This document shows positions 53,401 through 64,000 of a stretch of DNA of 64,000 bases, in pieces. Position 1 is the stretch's first letter; the number at the start of each line of letters is the position of its first letter. The notes beneath the pieces are model-generated. The model was not told where the DNA came from, made no database searches, and saw only the letters and a list, made by a program, of their open reading frames with translations. This DNA is from Pecten maximus (lineage: Eukaryota): assembly GCF_902652985.1 (NCBI RefSeq), contig NC_047017.1, positions 21,948,001 to 22,012,000 on the forward strand, read 5' to 3'. A program made the translations under genes and the position numbers.

Positions 53401-54072
53401 CCGTATTTGACCTAATAAGGGCGCCCCTACCTTTTTTCAAGGAAATAAATCTTTGACTGAGTGTCAAATTGGTGTTCTAAAGTAATAATTCATGTGAAAT
53501 GTTTTGCTACTTTATGTGTTCAATTTTCTTCAGCAAATTAATTAACTGGAACACAAGTTTTCGCCACATTTTGTCTATTCCTACAGATGACATGTCAGTG
53601 CAAAGAGCACCCGAAACTAAACACACATACAGATAATAACTTACCATCTTTATTTGAAGATAAAGTAAAAGATTTCATTCTTGCATTGTTGATAAATAAC
53701 TTTTGTTCAGAACAGAAAGCTAGTAAAAGACATTGTAAATCAATTATTAGGTCGAAGAAAACGATGTCTGATATGATCTGGGAAATCACCTGTGTCTATA
53801 AATAGAACACAAAAGAGTTCCATTTGAACATAAATGGTGGAACCCACGTTCTCTGGTCTAAAGATCAGTGATGTTTAAGCTTAATATATGATAATGAATA
53901 GATATCTTCATCTGGAATATTTTTATGACTGACTATTTTACCGTTTCCACAGCCTGGGGTATTCTGCTATAAGGTATAGTCTGTTTCAAAAAACTTAAGA
54001 ATAACTAATCTTAATAAGGGCGCCCCCACTGTCAATTACCCGCACCCTGCGCCCTTATTAGGTCAAATACGG
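53401..54072. mobile_element. Intact 672-bp non-autonomous DNA transposon (MITE), Tc1/mariner superfamily, Tc2/pogo-like
   Basis: Perfect 24-bp TIRs CCGTATTTGACCTAATAAGGGCGC and GCGCCCTTATTAGGTCAAATACGG. TA target duplication at 53399-53400 and 54073-54074. An extra internal TAATAAGGGCGCCCC lies at about 54012. No transposase ORF. Confidence 0.92.
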
Positions 54073-54207
54073 TATTTGGTTTATGCTGTTTATGACAGCA
54101 TGTACATTCCAACTGATAAAGTGACAGGCATCGCACATCGTGATCTGCATTACCAAATTACTTCAAAATGCAACATTCTCAGTTTTATTATTACGAACCT
54201 TAGAATA

Positions 54208-55395
54208 AAACTAGGGCCAACATGTACATACCATCAAAGTGTCATCCCATGCTGATAATGTGATACAAGTTAGAATGAATTCCAATACCAATCCAACAAA
54301 TAATAGTCAAAAATGTGATTTCCCTATATAAACTATAGTAAAGTTTACCCCCTCCCCAGGGGCAAACGTGAGACCCCAGGGTCATGAAATTCACAATTTT
54401 GGTAAAGCACCTTAAGATCCTTCCATCTATGAAGAGTATTTGATTCTACCATATCTAAGAGTAGAGAAGAAGATTTTTGAAATTTTTGTCAATTTTACCC
54501 TTTTTGGCCCTGCCCACCAGCCCCTGGGGGTCAACTAGGGCCAACATGTACATACCATCAAACTGTCATCCCATGCTGATAATGTGATACCAAGTTAGAA
54601 TGAATTCCAATACAAATCCAACAAATAATAGTCAAAAATGTGATTTCCCTATATAAACTATAGTAAAGTTTACCCCCTCCCCAGGGGCAAACGTGAGACC
54701 TCAGGGTCATGAAATTCCCAATTTTGGTAAAGCACCTTAAGACCCTTCCATCTATGAAGAGTATTTGATTCTACCATATCTGAGAGTAGAGAAGAAGATT
54801 TTTGAAATTTTTGTCAATTTGACCCTTTTTGGCCCCGCCCACCAGCCCCTGGGGGTCAACTAGGGCAAACATGTACATACCATCAAAGTGTCATCCCATG
54901 CTGATAATGTGATACAAGTTAGAATGAATTCCAATACAAATCCAACAAATAATAGTCAAAAATGTGATTTCCTTATATAAACTATAGTAAAGTTTACCCC
55001 CTCCCCAGGGGCAAACATGAGACCCCAGGGTCATGAAATTCACAATTTTGGTAAAGCACCTTAAGACCCTTTCATCTATGAAGAGTGTTTGATTCCACCT
55101 TATCTGAGAGTAGAGAAGAAGATTTTTGAAGTTTAAGTCAATTTTACCCTTTTTGGCCCCGCCCCTCAGGCCCCTGGGGGGTGGGGACCATATTATTCAC
55201 AATTTTGGTTCACCCTCAGCCATGGAAGCTTCCTGTAAAATTTCATTGAATTTGGTTCAGCAGTTTTTAAGAAGAAGTTGAAAATGTAAATTGTTTACGA
55301 CGCACGACGGACGACGGACGACGGAAGATGCATGACGCCGGACAAAAGGCGATTGCAATAGGTCAACTGAGACTTCGTCTCAGGTGACCTAAAAA
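54208..55395 (+). mobile_element. Helentron/Pearl(CvA)-like element carrying three ~324-bp satellite units
   Basis: CTAGGGC(C/A)AACATGTACATACC at 54211, 54535 and 54860. These are followed by a GACG/GGACGAC microsatellite (about 55297-55325), TTGCAATAG, and the hairpin TAGGTCAACTGAGAC-TTC-GTCTCAGGTGACCTA plus an A run. The core GGTCATGAAATTCACAATTTTGGTA...GAGTAGAGAAGAAGATTTTT resembles bivalve Cg170/BIV160-type satellites. Confidence 0.85.
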
Positions 55396-57361
55396 GTTAA
55401 GAATTTGATCACTGTAAATATACATAATTTAGTGAAAACGTTATTTTTAGTGATGATTTTATTTCAGCGATAATGTTATTTTTTAGATTTCTGAGCTTGA
55501 AACATTTCGCTAAATTTTGATAATGCTAATTGCTGCTTCTGTATATTGTTTTCTTATAAGGGCAACAGCTTAGCATTTTGACAGCTATATGCAGTGTCTA
55601 TTCATCATAGCGCTAATCTTTTTCAATATGGATTTCCTTTAAAATTTGAATAGAGCGAAAGGCTAAAGAATTATGTTTCAAATATCGGAAGGAAAGACAG
55701 AAGAAAGAAAAATTCTATGTAGGTTCTGAATACACTGCTCAGAAAGACACACATGTTCAGCCAATCAAAACACATGGTAAACAGATTGCACGCATCTTCT
55801 GTCAAAAATTAGAGAAATCAGAACCATATTACCTTAAATTGAAAACATCCATATACTGCATAAAACATAAGATTGATCCTTAAAGTCTCATTACATATGC
55901 TTACATCAAGTGTAAACAATATATCACAACCGCGGGCAACATTCCTCCCGTAGAAGTCTAACGTAATGATTTACTAGATCACACTGTTTCTTCTAAAACA
56001 ATCACAGCTTTATCACCTCTTGTCAAAAGCTGTGTATTTCCTGCAGAAACTGGTTAGTAATGGCATGTCTTTGCATTTGTTTAAGATTTTTTATATGTTG
56101 AGCTGTCAATATAGAAATCCTTAAAGTTGGTTTCAACACTTTGATAGATATATCACTATCACTTAAGAGTGAGAACATAACAAACAAAATTTGAAATGAG
56201 ATTCAGCAAATTTTTTGTAATTACAGAATTAATGCACAATTTTTTTTAAATAACATAATAAATATGTTTGACTGATATCAATCTAGTTTTGAATCAATTA
56301 CACTCTTCAGATTATTGGTGATAATAAATTAGCAGTTTAAATCAATGTTCATGGGTTTTTGCTGTTTCGTTTTTATTTATAGTATATTGATACCAAAACA
56401 TGATAATATCAGACTATACCAAAATAAACAGATTGTTTTGTCCCAGAAATATCCTTGTTGAAGACTCAGTACACTAGAGAGTCATCAAGCCTTATTGGCA
56501 TAGAGCTTTTTTCAGCCGATTTAAGCTGATTTTTAGGATGTGAAAATCACATGTTTTTTATGGTACACACATTCAAACACATCATCAATGCTTCAAAACA
56601 AAGAAAACGAAAAGAAAAAATCTCAGAAAAGAAACAAAAACAGAAAATGAAAAGAAACGACTCTCACAAAAGTGACATTATTAAAATAAGTTTTTTTAGT
56701 CTCTGTAGTTCTTATGCATATTTTTTTCCAGTGATAATGGCCAAACATGGTAATTTGGATGGAAAAGATGTCCAAGAAATAAGGATATTTTCTAAAATCA
56801 TAATGTATAAGAAGAAACATCTACCATCTATCATAGATAATATACCATTGTCAGTATTTATAAAACAGTCACTATTTTTCAAGTTTATAAAAAATATAAG
56901 ATTGTATAATGAAACACTCAACTGTATGAGTACATAGTACGGAGAGAAAACCTCCATATAACCTGTCTGGGGCCCTGTTGATCACTTGAGAGGTGATCCA
57001 CCGTGTGATGTTACAGTGTTGTATCTTGCCTTGGTGTGTCCAGTTTGATGAGGGACAAGTTGACAGTAACAGCTCCCTATACAATGGCTAGGAATGCTGA
57101 ATCACTGTTCACAAACAATCCAATCTGTGAACAATCTCCAGGTAATTATCAATTTAAAAATTACCACTCAGACAAACTGCTTCATCTTTCCACATAAAAA
57201 CTAATGACAAGTGACTGATTGGGGGGTGGAGAGCGACCCTTGACCTCTACAGTCCGTCAGACCATAAAATAACCATCTAACACTACATCTAATGTCACTT
57301 AGCCACCTTAACCAGCATGTCTGCTAATCCTGCCAACTGATCCACAATTTTTCCAAATCAA

Positions 57362-57810
57362 ATTAACACACTTCTTCAGCTTCAAGCCAATTGATCAACA
57401 ATTTCTCAAATAACACACTTCTTCAGCTTCAAACAAACTGATCCATTTTCCCAATAACACACTTCTGTAGCTTCAAACCAATTGATCAATGATTTCTCCA
57501 ATAACACAATTCTTCAGCTTCAAGCAATTGATTCATTTCTCAAATAACACACTTCTTCTGCTTCAACCAAACTAACTCTCCATTTCTCCAACAACACAAT
57601 TCTTCAGCTTCAAATAAACTGACCCTCCGTTTATCCAATAGCACACTTCTTCAGCTTCAAACTGATCAACCATTTCTCCAATAATACACTTCTTCAACTT
57701 CAAACTGATCAACCATTTCTCCAATAACACAATTCTTCAACTTCATACAAATTGATCAACCATTTCTCCAATAACACACTTCTTCAGCTTCAAATCAACT
57801 GACCTTCCCT
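57362..57810. repeat. About 43-48-bp minisatellite (ATAACACACTTCTTCAGCTTCAAA...TTTCTCCA)n, about 10 copies
   Basis: AACACA(C/A)TTCT at 57365, 57412, 57456, 57503, 57546 and onward. Confidence 0.92.
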
Positions 57811-58039
57811 TTACAGGGCTGTGGAACTTATAAGCATACATCACTGTCTGTATGTATTACATAATAATCCATGGCTGTGAGACTTTAAACCATATATTCT
57901 GTGTATATTATATACGACATCAGACATCATATTACTGTACATTATGTTAGAAGTCAGGACTGTAAGATTAACCATATATTATTGTATGTGTATAACTAAC
58001 TATACATTTTGTGTAAATATGTAAGAACTCAGGGCTGTC

Positions 58040-61000
58040 AAACTAACCATACATTCTGTGTATAGGCTTACCATACATTCTGTGTACATACTAACCATAC
58101 ATTATTGTATAGACTTACCATACATTCTGAGTATAGACTTAACACACATTATGTTTACATATTATGTAAGAAGTCATGTCTAACCATACATTATGTGTAT
58201 AGACTAACCATACATTGTGTGTATAGACTAGCCATATATTATGTGTATAGAATACCCATACATTATGTGTATAGATTAACCATACATTGTGTGTATAGAC
58301 TAGCCATACATTGTGTGTATAGACTAGCCATAAATTATGTGTATAGATTAACCATACATTCTGTGTATAGACTAACCATACATTATGTGTATAGACTAAT
58401 CATACATTCTGTGTATAGATTAACCATACATTCTGTGTATAGACTAACCATACATTCTGTGTATAGATTAACCATACATTCTGTGTATAGACTAACCATA
58501 CATTCTGTGTATAGACTAGCCATATATTGTGTGTATAGACTAGCCATACATTATGTGTATAGATTAACCATACATTATGTGTATAGATTAACCATACATT
58601 ATGTGTATAGAATACCCATACATTCTGTGTACATACTAACCATACATTATGTGTATTAACTAACCATACATTCTGTGTATAGACTAACCATACATTATGT
58701 GTATAGAATACCCATACATTCTGTGTACATACTAACCATACATTATGTGTATTAACTAACCATACATTCTGTGTATAGACTAACCATACATTATGTGTAT
58801 AGACTAAACACACATTATGTGTATAGAATACCCATACATTCTGTGTACAGACTAACCATACATTATGTGTATAGACTAACCATACATTCTGTGTATAGAC
58901 TAACCATACATTCTGTGTACATACTAACCATACATTGTGTGTATAGACTAACCATACATTGTGTGTACAGACTAACCATACATTCTGTGTACATACTAAT
59001 CATACATTATGTGTATAGACTAACCATACATTCTGTGTACAGACTAACCATACATTCTGTGTACATACTAACCATACATTGTGTGTATAGACTAACCATA
59101 CATTCTGTGTATAGACTAACCATACATTCTGTGTACACACTAACCATACATTCTGTGTATAGACTAACCATACATTCTGTGCACATACTAACCATACATT
59201 CTGTGTATAGACTAACCATACATTCTGTGTAGACTAACCATACGTTCAGTGTATATACTAACCAGACATTCTGTGTATAGACATACCATACATTCTGTGT
59301 ATAGACATACCATACATTCTGTGTATAGACTAACCATACATTATGTGTATAGACATACCATACATTATGTGTATAGACTAACCATACATTCTGTGTACAT
59401 ACTAACCATACATTATGTGTATAGACTAACCATACATTCTGTGTATAGACTAACCATACATTCTGTGTATAGAATACCCATACATTGTGTGTATAGACTA
59501 ACCATACATTCTGTGTATAGATTAACCATACATTATGTGTATAGACTAACCATACATTCTGTGTATAGACTAACCATACATTCTGTGTATAGACTAACCA
59601 TGCATTATGTGTATAGACTAACCATACATTATGTGTATAGACTAACCATACATTATGTGTATAGATTAGCCATACATTATGTGTATAGACTAACCATGCA
59701 TTATGTGTATAGACTAACCATACATTATGTGTATAGAATTACCATACATTCTGTGTATAGAATACCCATACATTGTGTGTATAGACTAGCCATACATTAT
59801 GTGTATAGATTAACCATACATTATGTGTATAGATTAACCATACATTGTGTGTATAGACTAGCCATACATTGTGTGTATAGACTAGCCATACATTATGTGT
59901 ATAGATTAACCATACATTGTGTGTATAGACTAGCCATACATTATGTGTATAGATTAGCCATACATTATATGTACAGACTAACCATACATTATGTGTATAG
60001 ATTAACCATACATTGTGTGTATAGACTAGCCATACATTATGTGTATAGATTAACCATACATTATGTGTATAGACTAACCATACATTGTGTATATAGACTA
60101 GCCATATATTGTGTGTATAGACTAGCCATACATTATGTGTATAGATTAACCATACATTATGTGTATAGATTAACCATACATTATGTGTATAGAATACCCA
60201 TACATTCTGTGTACATACTAACCATACATTATGTGTATTAACTAACCATACATTCTGTGTATAGACTAACCATACATAATGTGTATAGACTAAACACACA
60301 TTATGTGTATAGAATACCCATACATTCTGTGTACAGACTAACCATACATTATGTGTATAGACTAACCATACATTCTGTGTATAGATTAACCATACATTAT
60401 GTGTATAGATTAACCATACATTATGTGTATAGAATACCCATACATTCTGTGTACATACTAACCATACATTATGTGTATTAACTAACCATACATTCTGTGT
60501 ATAGACTAACCATACATAATGTGTATAGACTAAACACACATTATGTGTATAGAATACCCATACATTCTGTGTACAGACTAACCATACATTATGTGTATAG
60601 ACTAACCATACATTCTGTGTATAGACTAACCATACATTCTGTTAACATACTAACCATACATTATGTGTATAGACTAACCATACATTCTGTGTACAGACTA
60701 ACCATACATTCTGTGTACAGACATATCATACATTCTGTGTACATACTAACCATACATTCTGTGTACAGACATATCATACATTCTGTGTACATACTAACCA
60801 TACATTGTGTGTATAGACTAACCATACATTGTGTGTACAGACTAACCATACATTCTGTGTACATACTAATCATACATTATGTGTATAGACTAACCATACA
60901 TTCTGTGTACAGACTAACCATACATTCTGTGTACATACTAACCATACATTGTGTGTATAGACTAACCATACATTATGTGTACAGACTAACCATACATTAT

Positions 61001-63990
61001 GTGTACAGACATATCATACATTCTGTGTACATACTAACCATACATTATGTGTATAGACTAACCATACATTCTGTGTACATACTAACCATACAGTCTGTGT
61101 ATAGACTAGCCATACGTTCAGTGTATAGACCAACCATACATTCTGTGTACAGACTAACCATACATTTGGTGTAGTGACTAACCATACATTCTGTGTATAC
61201 ACTTACATACATTCTGTGTACAGACTAGCTATAAATTCTGTGTACAGACTAGCTATACATTCTGTGTATAGACTAACCATACATTCAGTGTATAGACTTA
61301 CCATACATTCTGTGTATAGACTAACCATACATTATGTGTATACACTAACATAGTCTGTGTATAGACATACCATACATTCTGTGTACAGACTAACCATACA
61401 TTCTGTGTACAGACTAACCATACATTATGTGTATAGACTAACCATACATTCTGTGTACATACTAACCATACATTATGTGTATAGACTAACCATACATTCT
61501 GTGTACAGACTAACCATACATTCTGTGTATAGACTAACCATACATTATGTGTATAGACTAACCATACATTTTGTGTACATACTAACCATACATTATGTGT
61601 ATAGATTGACCATACATTCTGTGTACATATTAACCATACAGTCTATGTATAGACTAGCCATACATTCTGTGTATAGACTAACCATACCTTATGTGTATAG
61701 ACTAGCCATACATTGTGTGTATAGACTAGCCATACATTGTGTGTATAGACTAGCCATACATTATGTGTATAGACTAACCATACATTATGTGTACAGACAT
61801 ATCATACATTCTGTGTACATACTAACCATACATTATGTGTATAGACTAACCATACATTCTGTGTACATACTAACCATACAGTCTGTGTATAGACTAGCCA
61901 TACGTTCAGTGTATAGACCAACCATACATTCTGTGTACAGACTAACCATACATTTGGTGTAGTGACTAACCATACATTCTGTGTATACACTTACATACAT
62001 TCTGTGTACAGACTAGCTATAAATTCTGTGTACAGACTAGCTATACATTCTGTGTAGACTTACCATACATTCTGTGTATAGACTTACCATACATTCTGTG
62101 TATAGACTAACCATACATTATGTGTATACACTAACATAGTCTGTGTATAGACATACCATACATTCTGTGTACAGACTAACCATACATTCTGTGTACAGAC
62201 TAACCATACATTATGTGTATAGACTAACCATACATTATGTGTATAGACTAACCAAACATTCAGTGTATAGACCAACCATACATTCTGTGTACATACTAAC
62301 CATACATTCTGTGTATAGACTAACCAAACATTCAGTGTATAGACTAACCATACATTATGTGTATAGACTAACCATACATTATGTGTATAGACTAACCATA
62401 CATTCTGTGTACATACTAACCATACATTCTGTGTATAGACTAACCATACATTATGTGTATAGACTAACCATACATTCTGTGTACAGACTAACCATACATT
62501 CTGTGTATAGACTAGCCATACATTATGTGTATAGATTAACCATACATTATGTGTATAGACTAACCATACATTTTGTGTACATACTAACCATACATTATGT
62601 GTATAGATTGACCATACATTCTGTGTACATATTAACCATACAGTCTATGTATAGACTAGCCATACATTCTGTGTATAGACTAACCATACATTATGTGTAT
62701 AGACTAGCCATACATTGTGTGTATAGACTAGCCATACATTGTGTGTATAGACTAGCCATACATTATGTGTATAGACTAACCATACATTATGTGTATAGAC
62801 TAACCATACATTATGTGTATAGACTAACCATACATTGTGTGTATACACTAATCATACATTGTGTGTATAGACTAACCATACATTATGTGTATAGACTAAC
62901 CATACATTCTGTGTATAGACTAACCATACATTCTGTTAACATACTAACCATACATTCTGTGTATAGACTAACCAAACATTCAGTGTATAGACTAACCATA
63001 CATTATGTGTATAGACTAACCATACATTATGTGTATAGACTAACCATACATTTTGTGTACATACTAACCATACATTATGTGTATAGATTAACCATACATT
63101 CTGTGTACATACTAACCATACAGTCTATGTATAGACTAGCCATACATTCTGTGTATAGACTAACCATACATTATGTGTATAGACTAACCATACATTCTGT
63201 GTATTAACTAGCCATACATTCTGTGTATAGACTAACCATACATTCTGTGTATAGACTAACCATACATTATGTGTATAGACTAACCATACATTCTGTGTAT
63301 TAACTAGCCATACATTGTGTGTATAGACTAGCCATACATTATGTGTATAGACTAACCATACATTTTGTGTATAGATTAACCATACATTGTGTGTATAGAC
63401 TAATCATACATTGTGTGTATAGACTAACCATACATTCTGTGTATAGACTAACCATACATTGTGTATATAGACATACCATACATTGTGTGTATAGACTAAT
63501 CATACATTGTGTGTATAGACTAACCATACATTCTGTGTATAGACTAACCATACATTCTGTGTATAGACTAACCATACATTCTGTGTATAGACTAATCATA
63601 CATTGTGTGTATAGACTAGCCATGCATTGTGTGTATAGACTAGCCATACATTATGTGTATAGACTAACCAGACATTATGTGTATAGACTAACCATACATT
63701 ATGTGTACAGACTTACCATACATTGTGTGTATAGACTAACCATACATTCTGTGTACAGACTAACCATACATTATGTGTATAGACTAACCATTCATTATGT
63801 GTATAGACTAACCATACATTCTGTGTATAGACTAACCATACATTCAGTGCATAGACTTACCATACATTATGTGTATAGACTAACCATACATTATGTGTAT
63901 AGACTAACCATACATTTGGTGAAGTGACTAATCATACATTCAGTGTATATACTAACCAGACATTCAGTGTTTAGACTAACCAGACATCCT
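58040..63990. repeat. 24-bp minisatellite (ACTAACCATACATT(A/C/G)TGTGTATAG)n, about 245 copies, with higher-order duplications
   Basis: A ~6-kb array with a 24-bp period. It explains the YRLTIHSV ORFs. Identical translated segments at 61014 and 61802 show a 788-bp duplication. Confidence 0.98.
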
Positions 63991-64000
63991 GAGTAAAGAC

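Noticed and set aside
48605-58040. Further upstream kinase exons (HRDLAARN, DFG, KWMAPE motifs)
   Set aside because: None were found by eye or in the ORF track. They are probably beyond the window, though a small exon could have been missed.
58105-63927. YRLTIHSV-repeat proteins
   Set aside because: Artefact of the 24-bp minisatellite.

Overview
This is eukaryotic, AT-rich genomic DNA, not prokaryotic, and I found no CRISPR array, operon, rRNA or intact tRNA. It is probably from a bivalve mollusc, inferred from Helentron/Pearl-like elements with ~160-bp-type satellite cores and Meta/V-type SINEs. The only well-supported gene is the 3' end of a minus-strand receptor tyrosine kinase with FGFR/RET-like exon structure. 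It has a kinase C-lobe exon at 48466-48604, a 32,391-bp phase-2 intron, and a terminal exon (CDS 15147-16074) with a long Ser/acidic tail. I found no upstream exons, so they probably lie beyond the right end. The kinase exon is 139 nt instead of the canonical 138 and has an internal +1 frameshift, which is either an assembly error or a true null allele. The rest is intronic or intergenic and very repeat-rich: about 13 tandem arrays, a 6.6-kb GTG-derived low-complexity block with low-quality-looking segments, an intact Tc2/pogo-like MITE, Helentron-like elements and SINE relics. Nearly all long ORFs in the supplied track are artefacts of these repeats. The most curious signal is a 39-bp intronic minisatellite that puts about 25-30 consensus CAG|GTAAG splice-donor motifs in the sense orientation of the kinase pre-mRNA. 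I cannot support a new biological system from sequence alone.
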